In this document: positions 1 to 10,834 of the stretch, piece by piece
Layout: the number at the start of each line of letters is the position of its first letter
Numbering within the stretch: the stretch's first letter is position 1
From: Bdellovibrionales bacterium
GTDB taxonomy: Bacteria > Bdellovibrionota > Bdellovibrionia > Bdellovibrionales > JAGQZY01
Assembly: GCA_020435205.1 (NCBI GenBank)
Contig: JAGQZY010000002.1
Span: 22,059 to 86,058, forward strand
Reading direction: 5' to 3'
Length of the DNA: 64,000 bases
Position numbers and translations under genes: made by a program
The notes under the pieces: model-generated
What the model saw: the letters and a program-made list of their open reading frames with translations, nothing else
What the model was told of the DNA's origin: nothing
Database searches by the model: none

Positions 1-400
1 AATCTTCAGGATAAGCCATAAGCTCTTCCACATCCTGAAGCTCTTTGGTGTTGAGACCCGCAAGCACCTTTTGCGCCATCTCTTCAGGAATATGACCAAG
101 AAGGTCAGCGGCATCATCACTGTCCATCATTGACAGCAGTTGCTGAACCTGACTCGTCTCCAAAACATGTACGACTTCTGTTTGCGCACTTTTGGACAAA
201 TGGCTTAAAATTTCGGCCTGGCGAGCTGTATCGGGAATGAGTTGAAAAACGGAAATACGCCCTGTGGTGTCTAAAATTTCAAGAACACTGGCCACGTCAG
301 CGTCATGAGACTTGTTGATTATACTACGGATATTGCGTTCAGCCCCTCGTCTGTACAATTTAGTAATCGTGCTGGCCAAAATTTTTGTTCTTTTATCCAT
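1..400 (-). CDS. mgtE: Magnesium transporter MgtE, N-terminal part (gene continues past the left edge)
   Basis: Not in the ORF track because it is open at the window edge. My translation of the minus strand from ATG (complement of 398-400) gives MDKRTKILASTITKLYRRGAERNIRSIINKSHDADVASVLEILD...DAADLLGHIPEEMAQKVLAGL, the helical MgtE_N pattern. The start overlaps the stop of the upstream gene by 8 nt. Confidence 0.7.
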   Translation of the reverse strand, partial: MDKRTKILASTITKLYRRGAERNIRSIINKSHDADVASVLEILDTTGRISVFQLIPDTARQAEILSHLSKSAQTEVVHVLETSQVQQLLSMMDSDDAADLLGHIPEEMAQKVLAGLNTKELQDVEELMAYPED

Positions 401-1352
401 CGCTCACCTCTTTTTTGTATAGCACAAAAAGAAGGCCTCCCCCAAGCCCCACAATAAATTGAGAGGCCTGATAAAAGGTTATGGCAAGAATGCCAAACTC
501 ACCTTGCTCCAGGGTCTGTTGAAACAAATAGTAAAACGCCATTTGTCCAACCCCGAGTCCCGCAGGCGAAATTGGCAAGATGGTAGCGATAAAGCCATAA
601 GGCACAAGAATCAAAAAGTACCACCACGGAATATCAACATGCAAATAGAGTCCCAGCCCATACACGATGGCAACCATCATGGCTTGCCCACCAAAACTAA
701 GAAAAAAGGGGATGACAATCTTGCTTGGTTTTTTAATAAAAAAGAAAAGTGGATAAAGAAACTTTTCAGAAATGGGATGTTTTAATAAAAAATCCTCAAT
801 CCCTTGCTTGGGTACAAAAGCCACTACAATTGCGGTAAACACCAGACCGAGAAGGAAAAATAAACTGAAGGTAAAAAAAGAATTTTGCAGGCTTGGTTTC
901 AAATGTTGATAGAACAGCATTCCAGCCACCCCGGAATAGGTGAGCATGGCTGCCAACCCCATGAGTCGATCTACCAAAATGCTCCAGCTGATAAACATCT
1001 TTTTTTTGGTAAAACTCTTAAAAAGATAGCCACCCTTAACCACATCACCACCCACACCACCAGGGACGACAAAATTGAAAAAGATACCTATCAACGAAAG
1101 TTTCAAAGCCTCTTTGAAACTAATCTCAACACCATCCACTTGCAATAGCATCTGCCAGCGAAGACTGTTAAACAAGAGGCCAAGTAAAAAAAGACCACTT
1201 CCAAAAAACCAAGCCGACCAATGATTGATTTTTTTTAACGATTGCAAGTCGAGCTTTCCCGACAGAATTAACCAGGTAATAAGACCGGCCGCAACAAGGA
1301 GTTTTAGAGCCGACAAAAGCCATTGCTTCAGGAAATTTTGTTTGCTAGCCAT
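393..1352 (-). CDS. Polytopic membrane protein, flippase-like / LPG-synthase TM-region (UPF0104) family
   Basis: ORF track, 319 aa. Multiple hydrophobic segments and a glycine loop VVPGGVGGDVVKG typical of this family. Divergent from ugd across a 48-nt spacer. Confidence 0.55.
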   Translation of the reverse strand: MASKQNFLKQWLLSALKLLVAAGLITWLILSGKLDLQSLKKINHWSAWFFGSGLFLLGLLFNSLRWQMLLQVDGVEISFKEALKLSLIGIFFNFVVPGGVGGDVVKGGYLFKSFTKKKMFISWSILVDRLMGLAAMLTYSGVAGMLFYQHLKPSLQNSFFTFSLFFLLGLVFTAIVVAFVPKQGIEDFLLKHPISEKFLYPLFFFIKKPSKIVIPFFLSFGGQAMMVAIVYGLGLYLHVDIPWWYFLILVPYGFIATILPISPAGLGVGQMAFYYLFQQTLEQGEFGILAITFYQASQFIVGLGGGLLFVLYKKEVSDG

Positions 1353-1400
1353 ATGATTTGTATCTAAGCTGCATTACAGACAATTGCCAAGGTAAAGATT

Positions 1401-2714
1401 ATGCAAATTTCAGTGGTTGGAACAGGTTACGTCGGATTGGTTGCCGGAGTGTGTTTTGCTGACGTGGGTCATAAAGTGATCTGCGTCGACAAGGACTCTG
1501 GAAAAATTGAAGCCCTTAAAAAGGGACAAATCCCTATTTACGAGCCCGGGCTTCAGGACATTCTTAAATCGGCCGAGGAGCGCATTCAGTTCACTACAGA
1601 CCTCACCTCAGCTGTGAATCAGTCCGATGTGGTCTTTATCGCTGTAGGAACCCCCGAAACGGCCGACGGGAGCGCTGATCTGGGGCCCACCTTTGCTGTC
1701 TTAGAGCAAATCTGCAAAGCCGCCCAGGCACCAAAATACATCGTGCTCAAAAGCACTGTTCCCGTGGGCACCAACACCCGCGCCAAAGCTTTTGTTGCAG
1801 AGCACGGAGCCCATGCCCATGAAATCATCAATAACCCGGAATTCTTGAAAGAAGGCGCCGCCATTGATGACTTTTTGCGTCCAGATCGAGTGGTCATTGG
1901 TTGTGAAAGCCATGAGGCCAAAAATATCATGGAAAAAATTTATGCACCCTTTATTAGTGAAGGAAGACCCCTTCTCTTCATGTCGAACACCTCTGCTGAG
2001 TTGACCAAATATGCTGCGAACTCCTTTCTTTCTGTAAAAATCAGTTTTGCCAATGAGTTGGCAGCACTGGCTGATAAGGTGGGAGCCAATATTGATGAAG
2101 TTCGCGCTGGTTTTACTTCCGACAGTCGCATCAACAAAGCCTTTTTCTATCCTGGCGTAGGTTATGGCGGCAGTTGTTTCCCTAAAGATGTGCAGGCCTT
2201 GATTCATACGGCTCATGAACATGGTTGCACCATGAATATTGTGGAAGCTGCTGACCAAGTGAACGACAAACAAAAAATTGTGCTTTACCAAAAAGTAAAA
2301 GAACGCTTTAAAGATCTCAACGGCATGACCTTTGCGCTTTGGGGACTGGCTTTCAAACCTCGCACCGATGATGTGCGCGAGGCTCCGGCAGGCTACCTTA
2401 TCGAGAAGCTCACCCAAGACGGAGCGAAAGTGGTGGCCTACGATCCCGTAGCCAGTGAAACAGCCAAAGAAGCCTTTCCATCTCCGTTTGAAATCGCCAA
2501 TGATCCTATTGCCGCCTGCCAAGGAGCCGATGCTCTTTTAATTGCTACCGAGTGGAACGAGTTCCGCAACCCAGATTATAAAGCCCTCACAGCGGCTTTG
2601 AAAAATCCAGTCATTTTTGATGGCAGAAATTGTCTGGAAGTTCATGATGTGCAAAGAGCTGGCATTGAGTATTTTTGCATCGGCAAACAAAGCCTATTTC
2701 AGGGGCCGGCATGA
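1401..2714 (+). CDS. ugd: UDP-glucose 6-dehydrogenase
   Basis: 437 aa. N-terminal Rossmann motif VVGTGYVGLV, catalytic-Cys motif GYGGSCFPKD, and C-terminal UDP-binding region WGLAFKPRTDDVREAP. Confidence 0.95.
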   Translation: MQISVVGTGYVGLVAGVCFADVGHKVICVDKDSGKIEALKKGQIPIYEPGLQDILKSAEERIQFTTDLTSAVNQSDVVFIAVGTPETADGSADLGPTFAVLEQICKAAQAPKYIVLKSTVPVGTNTRAKAFVAEHGAHAHEIINNPEFLKEGAAIDDFLRPDRVVIGCESHEAKNIMEKIYAPFISEGRPLLFMSNTSAELTKYAANSFLSVKISFANELAALADKVGANIDEVRAGFTSDSRINKAFFYPGVGYGGSCFPKDVQALIHTAHEHGCTMNIVEAADQVNDKQKIVLYQKVKERFKDLNGMTFALWGLAFKPRTDDVREAPAGYLIEKLTQDGAKVVAYDPVASETAKEAFPSPFEIANDPIAACQGADALLIATEWNEFRNPDYKALTAALKNPVIFDGRNCLEVHDVQRAGIEYFCIGKQSLFQGPA

Positions 2715-3643
2715 AAATCTTAGTGGCAGGAGGAGCTGGTTTTATCGGCAGTCATCTTGTCGATCGCTTGCTGGCCCAAGACCATCATGTCGATGTTATT
2801 GATAACTTTGTGACAGGCCAAAAAATCAATTTAAAACACCTTGCTGACAACGAGAATTTTGAACTTTTCTCTGGTGACATCTGCAATCTAGAGTCCTTGC
2901 CCCGCGAAAAATATGACCGGATCTACAACCTCGCTTCACCGGCCTCCCCTATTGATTTTAAAAAAATATCTATTGAAATTTTATTAACTGGTAGCCAAGG
3001 GCATCTCAATCTTTTGCAACTTGCGGAAAACTGTGGCGCCCGCATCTTGTTTGCAAGTACAAGCGAAGTCTATGGCGACCCTCTAGTGAACCCTCAACCT
3101 GAGACCTACTACGGCAACGTCAATTGTCGCGGCGAAAGGGCTTGCTACGATGAAGCCAAACGCTTTGGGGAAGCCTTAACCGTTAATTTTCAAAAGTACC
3201 GAGGGGTGAATAGCAGAACAGTCCGCATTTTTAATACTTATGGTCCGCGCATGCGCCCTAACGATGGTCGAGTGATCCCCAACTTTTTTATGCAAGCACT
3301 CGTTGGCCAGGGACTCACTATTTATGGTAATGGCCAGCAGACCCGAAGTCTTTGCTATGTTTCTGATATGGCTCGTGGGATCGAAACTCTAATGGAAAGT
3401 GATGTGGATCAACCAGTGAATATTGGCAACACCCATGAAATGACCATCCTAGAGATCGCCGACCTAATCAATGATCTCACTGGCAACAACACACCTCATA
3501 TCTTTCAAGATCTTCCCGAAAACGACCCCAAGGTTCGTCAACCCGATATCAGCAGAGCTAAAAACCTGTTGGGATGGAGGCCGCAAGTGGATGTGCGCGA
3601 AGGGCTCAAAGAAACCATGGAGTTCTTTAAAACCTGTCTTTGA
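2711..3643 (+). CDS. uxs: UDP-glucuronate decarboxylase (UDP-xylose synthase), extended SDR
   Basis: I take the start at MKILVAGGAGFIGSHLVDRL (ATG 2711, an ATGA overlap with the ugd stop) rather than the track start at 2675. SDR YxxxK motif present as YDEAKR. Length and motifs match the UXS/ArnA-decarboxylase type. Confidence 0.85.
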   Translation: MKILVAGGAGFIGSHLVDRLLAQDHHVDVIDNFVTGQKINLKHLADNENFELFSGDICNLESLPREKYDRIYNLASPASPIDFKKISIEILLTGSQGHLNLLQLAENCGARILFASTSEVYGDPLVNPQPETYYGNVNCRGERACYDEAKRFGEALTVNFQKYRGVNSRTVRIFNTYGPRMRPNDGRVIPNFFMQALVGQGLTIYGNGQQTRSLCYVSDMARGIETLMESDVDQPVNIGNTHEMTILEIADLINDLTGNNTPHIFQDLPENDPKVRQPDISRAKNLLGWRPQVDVREGLKETMEFFKTCL

Positions 3644-3644
3644 A

Positions 3645-4601
3645 TTATTGGCTCAGCTGATTGAGCTCTTCGAGAACCTGGGAAAATTGTTTTTTAAAAG
3701 ACTCATTGATAATGCACCCATCAATGGCAACCAGTCCTTGCAGATCCTCAGCAGTCCGTCCCATAGTCACCGCCTGCTGAAACCAAGAATCATTGTGCCA
3801 ACGACAATAACTCACAGACTCTAAGGGAGCGTGCTCCCCAAGTGGAATCTCAGCGCTATTGAATTTTTGGCGAAAGAGTTCAACAAAAGCGGCACCATCA
3901 TGATTTTTAAGGCTCACTAAAGCGCGATCGTAGAGACGTGGATAGGGGAATTTATCAAACCAGGGAACCACTCCGCTCGGCAAAGAAGACTCAAAGCCGG
4001 CAATAGCTTCGCGATACTGTTCTGCAGGCCGATCAATAAGCTCCAAGATATTTTTCTCATCGGCTTGATCCCAAGCCAGCTCCGTCACTGCTAAATGAGG
4101 TAGGTTCACTTTTTCACCGTAGAAAACTAAGGCATAGCGGCGATCTAAAGAGCAAATGCAAATATCAAAATCTGTAAGGCTAGTGGTGAACTTGCGATTA
4201 AAGTGAAACATGTGGTGAGCCAAATGAATTCGGAAAACCTTGGTTTGGGAAATTCCTTTCAAGGTTTCCATATGATTATAAAGCTCGGCAGTGAGGGCAT
4301 CGTCAAAATCGTGGATGTAAGTGAGCACGCTCTTTTCCTCAAACTCATCATCCATACCCGCTTTTAAGCGAACCCCTTTTTTGGCCAACTCCACTTCGAT
4401 ATTTTTAAGGTGATCACCAAAACCGAGTTCGGCGTAGATTCTTCGCTTGGCTGGAAAACGCATATGGAGGCCTAAGCAGGTTTCAAAGAGGGCGTGATGA
4501 AGCCCAGGGTAGACCAATACTTTAGAGTGGCACTTTAAATGCATTCTTATGCGACTATTGAGTTCATCCCAAGCGACAGGATTCCGGCTATCAATCCTCA
4601 T
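3645..4601 (-). CDS. Hypothetical protein (318 aa), last gene of the nuo transcription unit
   Basis: Long ORF 44 nt downstream of nuoI on the same strand. I recognise no motif. Soluble and His-rich (LAHHMFHF). Confidence 0.5.
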   Translation of the reverse strand: MRIDSRNPVAWDELNSRIRMHLKCHSKVLVYPGLHHALFETCLGLHMRFPAKRRIYAELGFGDHLKNIEVELAKKGVRLKAGMDDEFEEKSVLTYIHDFDDALTAELYNHMETLKGISQTKVFRIHLAHHMFHFNRKFTTSLTDFDICICSLDRRYALVFYGEKVNLPHLAVTELAWDQADEKNILELIDRPAEQYREAIAGFESSLPSGVVPWFDKFPYPRLYDRALVSLKNHDGAAFVELFRQKFNSAEIPLGEHAPLESVSYCRWHNDSWFQQAVTMGRTAEDLQGLVAIDGCIINESFKKQFSQVLEELNQLSQ

Positions 4602-4645
4602 AAGAGAATTGTAACGAAAATGGGACTCGAATCAAAACAAAAAAC

Positions 4646-5182
4646 CTAAATCCCCGCCTCGTGGCGTTCCTCATCTTCCACGACAGATGGGACACCATGG
4701 CCTTGATTCAGGTTATTTCGATAAGCGAGCTGCTTGATATCATAGATAAAGTTATCACCATTGGCCCCGGGGGTTTGCCATTCAGGACCCATGCGAATCG
4801 CATCCACTGGACAAGCCTCTTCACAAAAACCACAAAATACACATCGCAAAATGTCGATTTCGTAGGATATAGGAAACTTCTCCACTTTTGGATCTTCATC
4901 TTCAGAAGCCAGAATAGAAATGCAATCTGCCGGGCAGGCTGTGGCACAAAGCATACAAGCTGTACAACGCAAGTCCCCGTCTTTTTTGACCGTCAATACA
5001 TGGTTGCCCTTAAAACGAGGAGAATACTGGTATTGCTCTTCTGGATAATTGAGGGTAGGCATTCGCTTTTTATTAAATAAGTTTTTAAGCATAGTGATAA
5101 ATGTAAAAACCATTCCTGCCAAAATTGCAGGTAAATACCACGACGAACGCAATTGAGGGCGCTTGACTTGCACAACGCTCAT
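4646..5182 (-). CDS. nuoI: NADH-quinone oxidoreductase subunit I (2x[4Fe-4S] ferredoxin)
   Basis: Two CxxCxxCxxxCP motifs (CTACMLCATACP and CVFCGFCEEACP). N-terminal membrane-proximal helix. ATGA overlap with the nuoG stop. Confidence 0.9.
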   Translation of the reverse strand: MSVVQVKRPQLRSSWYLPAILAGMVFTFITMLKNLFNKKRMPTLNYPEEQYQYSPRFKGNHVLTVKKDGDLRCTACMLCATACPADCISILASEDEDPKVEKFPISYEIDILRCVFCGFCEEACPVDAIRMGPEWQTPGANGDNFIYDIKQLAYRNNLNQGHGVPSVVEDEERHEAGI

Positions 5183-6741
5183 AACTCACCTCTTTCATGG
5201 ATAAACTCATTGTGAACACTTTGCCAGGGGTGGGCAAGGCTCGCTGTAACACGCTCACCAGCAAACCATTGGGTAACCTGCTGTAAATCTAAAGCTTCCT
5301 CGACAAAAACGTCCACCATTGCAAAAGACTGCACTTTACCTTCAAAATTCGTGAAACTCCCAGATTTTTCAACAAAGGTTTTTGCAGGAACAAAAGTCAC
5401 ATGCTTTGGCATCTGGCTCGCCTTTTCAAGATGACAGGCCGACAACCAAATGACTTTTTTAGCCTGGCTCACCTGGTCTGCCACTTGGGAAATATTGTCG
5501 TAGACCCATTGATTTTCTGGTCCAAGCACCAGTACGAAGTCAAACCCTTCCATAGATGGTAATTGGCTTTGGGCTTGCAAACCATGCTTCTCAAGACTTG
5601 CCAAAAGCCCCTTCGTATTGGGGTTTTTATCCCCTCGAATCAACAACCCATCAAAGTCTTGCCATTGCTCAGGCTGATTTTGCCAGTGAAAGATGTTTTT
5701 GCCACCGGCTTTGCTTTTCCAGAAGCCAAGAATGGAGTCGTACTCTTCATTACTATATTGCCCGGTCACGATCAGCGCAGGATTGGAAAAAGAGCCCAAC
5801 TCAATGGAGCTCACTGTCTCAGCCGTTGAAATAAATTCCATTTTCCCATCATGATAACTATGGGCGGAAAGAATACGATTGGGCTTTTTCACGGCCTTTT
5901 TGTTTTCACGCTCGCCAACGAAATCCGTAGTGATGGGGTTGACCGCCTTATAAATATCGCGACCCTCATCGCACATCCAGTAGCCATTCACATCAGAATG
6001 ATGTGGCTTCACACGCCACACGCCATCTTTGTTAAAATAGACGTCAATATTACAGCCGGTAGAACACCCCGTACATACCGAAGGCTTGTCTTTTAAAAAC
6101 CAAACCCGCTGGCGGAAACGAAAATCTTTTGAAGTCAGTGCACCGACGGGACAAATATCCACGGTGTTCACCGAATATTTGTTGTTGAGAGGCATGCCAT
6201 CAAAAGTACCAATCTCACTGCGATCGCCTCGATTGAAAATTCCCAACTCATTGGATTTAGAAACTTCTTCGGTGAAGCGCACACAACGCGAGCAAAGAAT
6301 GCAGCGCTCAGAATCAAGCACCACTCTCTCACCAAGATCTACAACTTTATGCTTCTTCACTTTACTCAAGGCCATTTCAGGGTCGTATTTACCAAAGTGC
6401 ATATACTGATCTTGAAGCCCACACTCCCCGGCTTGATCACAAATAGGACAATCTAAGGGGTGATTGATCAAATGGAAATCGAGACCCCACTTGACAGCGT
6501 CTTTGACCATTTCGCTTTGGTTCGTCACCTTCATGCCTTCAGCGACCTGGGTATTACAAGCGATCTGCAAGCGAGGATTCCCCTCGATTTCCACCATACA
6601 GAGGCGGCAAACGCCGGCAACACTCAGGCCCGGATGCCAACAGTAGTGAGCAATGTCTTGGCCGGCTTGCTTAAAGGCCTCAATCACTGAGGTCCCCGCC
6701 TCCACTTCAATGTCGATTCCATTAATGGTGCATTTGACCAT
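5179..6741 (-). CDS. nuoG: NADH-quinone oxidoreductase subunit G (short form, 520 aa)
   Basis: N-terminal 2Fe-2S region ([18 protein letters not shown]), [24 protein letters not shown]...DICPVGALT, then CTGCSTGCN and a truncated molybdopterin-like region. Confidence 0.85.
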   Translation of the reverse strand: MVKCTINGIDIEVEAGTSVIEAFKQAGQDIAHYCWHPGLSVAGVCRLCMVEIEGNPRLQIACNTQVAEGMKVTNQSEMVKDAVKWGLDFHLINHPLDCPICDQAGECGLQDQYMHFGKYDPEMALSKVKKHKVVDLGERVVLDSERCILCSRCVRFTEEVSKSNELGIFNRGDRSEIGTFDGMPLNNKYSVNTVDICPVGALTSKDFRFRQRVWFLKDKPSVCTGCSTGCNIDVYFNKDGVWRVKPHHSDVNGYWMCDEGRDIYKAVNPITTDFVGERENKKAVKKPNRILSAHSYHDGKMEFISTAETVSSIELGSFSNPALIVTGQYSNEEYDSILGFWKSKAGGKNIFHWQNQPEQWQDFDGLLIRGDKNPNTKGLLASLEKHGLQAQSQLPSMEGFDFVLVLGPENQWVYDNISQVADQVSQAKKVIWLSACHLEKASQMPKHVTFVPAKTFVEKSGSFTNFEGKVQSFAMVDVFVEEALDLQQVTQWFAGERVTASLAHPWQSVHNEFIHERGEL

Positions 6742-8008
6742 GGGATTTTCCTCTCACCTTTGAGTAACCTTCTTTAATGTAAAATTCGAATTCGTCGCGA
6801 AATTTAGGAACAATTCCTAAGACAGGTAAAGCCGCTGCATCAGAAAGAGCACAAATGGTTCGGCCCTTCATTTTGTTGGCCACTTCACAAAGTAAATCAA
6901 TATCAGTCAGTTTGGCCTGCCCTGTGATCACTGATGTGACAAGCTTATGCAACCAGCCCGTACCTTCGCGGCAAGGGGTGCACTGGCCGCAGGATTCATG
7001 GTGATAAAAATGAGAAATCACTTTCATCATATCCACCATGCAGCGGGTGTCGTTCATAATCACAATGGAACCAGAGCCGAGCATGGTGCCCATCTCAGCG
7101 AGGCATTCGTAATCTAGGGTGGCCTTTTCGATCTCTTCGGCTGTGATAATAGGAGCCGAGGTTCCACCTGGGATGGCTGCTTTAAGCTTGCCACCTTTGA
7201 CCCCGCCACACTCATTGTTAATGAGGTCGATCATTTTGTAACCGAGTGGCACCTCGTAGTTTCCAGGTTTATTCACGTCACCAGCCACTGAAAACAATTT
7301 GGTGCCCGCTGATTTTTCCGTACCATTTTTGCGATAAGCAGCCGCACCATCACGAATGATGGGGATCACTGCAGCCAAGGTTTCCACATTATTCACAATG
7401 GTGGGTTTGGCTAGGTAACCCTGCACGGCTGGGAAAGGAGGCTTGAGCTTGGGCTGACCCTTTTTGCCCTCGAGAGAGGAGATCATACCAGTCTCTTCAC
7501 CACAAATATAAGCGCCAGCACCACGGTAAACATCCAGGTCGTGGTCAAAGCCACTTCCCATAATGTTTTTACCCAATAGGCCAGCATCATAGGCCTCTTT
7601 GATGGCTTTTTCTAAAACTTTGGCGGCGTAAACGTATTCACCCCGAATGTAAATGTAAGATTTATGAGAACCAATGGCAAAGGCCGAGATGATCATGCCC
7701 TCAATCAATTGATGAGGAGCCTTTTCCATCATCATACGATCTTTAAAGGTGCAGGGCTCACCTTCATCAGCGTTGCAAAGAAGATAGCGAGGCTCGCCAT
7801 TGTTAGGCAAAAATCCCCATTTCACACCCGTTGGGAAGCCCGCACCACCACGGCCGCGCAGCCCCGAAGCTTTGACTTCAGCAACGATGTCCTCTGGCTT
7901 CATAGAGAAAGCCTTTTTTAAAGTCTCATAACCACCTTTGGCCTTATAGCCATCAAGGCTTCGATAATTATCATCAGAATAGTGTTCCGTCAGAATTTTC
8001 ACTTCCAT
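6722..8008 (-). CDS. nuoF: NADH-quinone oxidoreductase subunit F (NADH/FMN site)
   Basis: GLRGRGGAGFPTG FMN/NADH motif and the N3 cluster motif ESCGQCTPCREG. 428 aa. Confidence 0.95.
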   Translation of the reverse strand: MEVKILTEHYSDDNYRSLDGYKAKGGYETLKKAFSMKPEDIVAEVKASGLRGRGGAGFPTGVKWGFLPNNGEPRYLLCNADEGEPCTFKDRMMMEKAPHQLIEGMIISAFAIGSHKSYIYIRGEYVYAAKVLEKAIKEAYDAGLLGKNIMGSGFDHDLDVYRGAGAYICGEETGMISSLEGKKGQPKLKPPFPAVQGYLAKPTIVNNVETLAAVIPIIRDGAAAYRKNGTEKSAGTKLFSVAGDVNKPGNYEVPLGYKMIDLINNECGGVKGGKLKAAIPGGTSAPIITAEEIEKATLDYECLAEMGTMLGSGSIVIMNDTRCMVDMMKVISHFYHHESCGQCTPCREGTGWLHKLVTSVITGQAKLTDIDLLCEVANKMKGRTICALSDAAALPVLGIVPKFRDEFEFYIKEGYSKVRGKSHGQMHH

Positions 8009-8009
8009 T

Positions 8010-8486
8010 TTATCTCAGTTCCTTCAAAAGCTGTCTTGCTGACTCTGGGGTTAAATTCTCATGGTAGTCTTCATTGATTTGCATCATTGGGGCCGTATCA
8101 CAAGATCCTAGGCACTCCACTCGAGTGAACGTAAAACGCCCATCATTAGTGACCTCGCCCTCTTTGGCGTTGTGCTCATCAAGGAAAGTTTCAAAAAGCT
8201 CGCGAGTCCCAGCCATGCAACAGGCCACGTTACAGCAGACTTGCACATGATATTTACCTACAGGCTTTTTGTTGAACATCGTGTAGAAGTGAAAAACTTC
8301 GTTAATGCGCGCAACGGGAATGTCCATAATTTCGCTCATGGCATGAATAGCTTCATCGCTCACCCAGCCATCATTTTGCTCTTGGACCTTGTAAAGCGAG
8401 GGGATGATCGCTGATTCTTTAGTTTCGTAGCGTCCCAACTCTTTTTTTATAAACTCTTTGGTTTCGTTAGATAATTCAAACATCAC
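8010..8486 (-). CDS. nuoE: NADH-quinone oxidoreductase subunit E (2Fe-2S)
   Basis: 158 aa. Cys pattern VCCNVACCMAG ... CLGSCDTAP, typical of NuoE. Confidence 0.9.
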   Translation of the reverse strand: MMFELSNETKEFIKKELGRYETKESAIIPSLYKVQEQNDGWVSDEAIHAMSEIMDIPVARINEVFHFYTMFNKKPVGKYHVQVCCNVACCMAGTRELFETFLDEHNAKEGEVTNDGRFTFTRVECLGSCDTAPMMQINEDYHENLTPESARQLLKELR

Positions 8487-8491
8487 AACCT

Positions 8492-10183
8492 CTATCGATC
8501 CAGCTCGCCGGCAATCAAATTCATCGAACCCAAAATAGCAATCACATCGGCAACTAGACCACCAGTAATCTGTTCAGGGAAGGACTGGTAAATGGCAAAA
8601 CACGGAGGACGCACTTTTAGGCGATAAGGAGCTCCTGAGCCATCACTCACCAAGTAAAAACCAAGTTCACCATTGGCGGCTTCCGTAGCATCATAAATTT
8701 CACCCTGCGGTGGGCGAAGCCCATTAATCACTAACATAAAGTGATTCATCAAGCCTTCGATGTTTCCGTAGACGTCTTTCTTTTCAGGAAGGACGATGGC
8801 TTTGTCACGAATGGTGAAATCACCTTCAGGAATATTTTTGCAAACCTGATCAACGATACGAAGGGATTGTTTCATCTCTTCGATGCGCACCAAGTAGCGA
8901 TCAAACACATCACCCGTTGTACCCACGGGAATATCAAAATCCAGCTGATCATAAATATAGTAAGGATCCGTTTTTCTAAGATCGAGAGGGACGCCGGCAG
9001 CCCGTAGCAAAGGCCCGGTGTAGCCCCACTCCACAGCCTCTTCGGGGCCGATTTCACCAATGCCCGAACAGCGCTGAATCCAAATTTTGTTATTACTAAG
9101 AAGCTTTTCAATGTCAGCAACCCCTTGACGGAGTTCTTTACTGGTCGCGAGCACATCGTCAAACCAACCCGCCGGCGCATCTTGGGCCATTCCACCCACA
9201 CGAGTGAGGGAAACCGTCAAGCGAGCCCCACAAAGCTTTTCAAAAAGCGAGTATACTTTTTCACGCAAAGTGAAGAGATGAAAGAAGCCAGTAAGAGCAC
9301 CAAGGTCAACGGCATTGGCTCCAATACAAACCACATGGTCAATAAAACGAGAAAGCTCAGCAAGGACCACGCGCATGGCTTGAGCTTTGGCTGGGATCTC
9401 CACACCAAGCATGGTTTCAACGGCTTTACAGTAGCCAATATTATTCATGGGAGCCGAGCAGTAGTTCAAACGGTCGGTGTAGGGAATCACTTGATTGTAA
9501 GCATGGGTCTCCGCCATTTTTTCAAAGCAGCGGTGAAGGTAGCCAAGCTCAACACCAGCGCGGTGAACTTTTTCACCCTGAAGCTGTGCCATCACCCGCA
9601 AAGTGCCGTGAGTGGCTGGATGGGAAGGGCCAATATTCAAGGGGACAATCCCCTCCTCGTCATCGTCTTTGTAACGAGGGTCATAATCAAAAAAGATGGG
9701 CATGGCTTCAGTGCAAGGCTGCTGGCGATCGGCAGGATAATCTTTGCGCAAAGGGTGCCCAACAAATTGGTGATGGGTCAAAATTCGGCGCATGTTGAGG
9801 TGACCGGAAAAGCGAATACCAAACATGTCGTAAACTTCCCGTTCAAACCAATCGGTACCGCGCCAAATTTTAGTCAAAGTCGGCACCTCTTCGCCTTCGG
9901 CCACTAACACCTTCACTCGCATGCGGTTGGCAGTGAGAACATTAAACAGCTCATACACCACCTCAAAGCGCTTTTCCCGACCTGGATAATCCACAGCCGT
10001 CAAATTCATGAGCATATCAAAGTAGTGATTTTGTTTGATGAAGGAAAAAAAATCTTGAACTTGTTCGCGAGGAATCACCACACAGTCCATACCGAAAGTG
10101 CGGCTCCATTGCCAAGCCTCAGATTGATTGCCAAAGCGAGCTTTTAAATCTTGTTTTAATTTATCGTTATTGCTTTTGCTCAT
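8492..10183 (-). CDS. nuoCD: Fused NADH-quinone oxidoreductase subunit C/D
   Basis: 563 aa. The N-terminal NuoC-like region runs continuously into NuoD ([14 protein letters not shown] motif, C-terminal ...IAGELDR). Confidence 0.9.
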   Translation of the reverse strand: MSKSNNDKLKQDLKARFGNQSEAWQWSRTFGMDCVVIPREQVQDFFSFIKQNHYFDMLMNLTAVDYPGREKRFEVVYELFNVLTANRMRVKVLVAEGEEVPTLTKIWRGTDWFEREVYDMFGIRFSGHLNMRRILTHHQFVGHPLRKDYPADRQQPCTEAMPIFFDYDPRYKDDDEEGIVPLNIGPSHPATHGTLRVMAQLQGEKVHRAGVELGYLHRCFEKMAETHAYNQVIPYTDRLNYCSAPMNNIGYCKAVETMLGVEIPAKAQAMRVVLAELSRFIDHVVCIGANAVDLGALTGFFHLFTLREKVYSLFEKLCGARLTVSLTRVGGMAQDAPAGWFDDVLATSKELRQGVADIEKLLSNNKIWIQRCSGIGEIGPEEAVEWGYTGPLLRAAGVPLDLRKTDPYYIYDQLDFDIPVGTTGDVFDRYLVRIEEMKQSLRIVDQVCKNIPEGDFTIRDKAIVLPEKKDVYGNIEGLMNHFMLVINGLRPPQGEIYDATEAANGELGFYLVSDGSGAPYRLKVRPPCFAIYQSFPEQITGGLVADVIAILGSMNLIAGELDR

Positions 10184-10709
10184 ATGGATTCACCCAGTTA
10201 TCTCGCCAAGGACGTGGTTTATGGTCACCGATCATTTTTTGTAAGGAAATCACTCCGTCAAGAACGGCCTCTGGAGTGGGGGGACATCCCGGAACAAAAA
10301 CGTCCACAGGAATCACACGATCAATCCCTTGCATGACGTGGTAGCTCCGATAAAACCCACCAGAGCTCGCGCAGGCACCCATGGCGATCACGTACTTGGG
10401 CTCAAGCATTTGCTCATAAATGTGAACAAGGATGGGTCCCATTTTTTCGGTGATGGTTCCAGCCACTAAAAGCAAGTCGGCTTGTCGTGGTGAGAATCGC
10501 ACCACTTCAGCGCCAAAACGAGCCAAGTCGTATTTGGGGCCCATGACTGACATCAGTTCAATTCCGCAGCAAGCGGTCCCGTAGGGAAGGGGCCAAAGGG
10601 AGTTTTTACGCCCCCACGCCACTAAGTCATCAAGGCGGGTTGTAAATGCAAAGGACTTGGAGACCTCGTCCACATCTGTTTGCGAGGGAAAGGGCGTCGA
10701 CTGAGCCAT
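10167..10709 (-). CDS. nuoB: NADH-quinone oxidoreductase subunit B (N2 cluster)
   Basis: 180 aa. Motifs [18 protein letters not shown] and VPGCPP. 17-nt overlap with the nuoCD start. Confidence 0.95.
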   Translation of the reverse strand: MAQSTPFPSQTDVDEVSKSFAFTTRLDDLVAWGRKNSLWPLPYGTACCGIELMSVMGPKYDLARFGAEVVRFSPRQADLLLVAGTITEKMGPILVHIYEQMLEPKYVIAMGACASSGGFYRSYHVMQGIDRVIPVDVFVPGCPPTPEAVLDGVISLQKMIGDHKPRPWRDNWVNPYEQKQ

Positions 10710-10834
10710 ATCAGCTACTCCTGTTGTCGCTATTCAACGTTATCGGCATCATGCAGTATTGAAACCATTCATCCCCTTAAATGGCTTCAATATCAAGTGG
10801 TTTTCATGTCTTTTATAAGAAGGGTCAATGCAGC

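Noticed and set aside
1701-2522. 273-aa ORF antisense to ugd
   Set aside because: It lies in the codon-aligned antisense frame of a well-supported gene. In that frame stops arise only from sense TTA/CTA/TCA codons, so long shadow ORFs are expected. The product is low-complexity with no start context or motif.
9125-9907. 260-aa ORF antisense to nuoCD
   Set aside because: Same codon-aligned antisense frame artefact, since 9125 minus 8492 is a multiple of 3. It has no RBS and no recognisable domain, and it lies inside a highly conserved gene.
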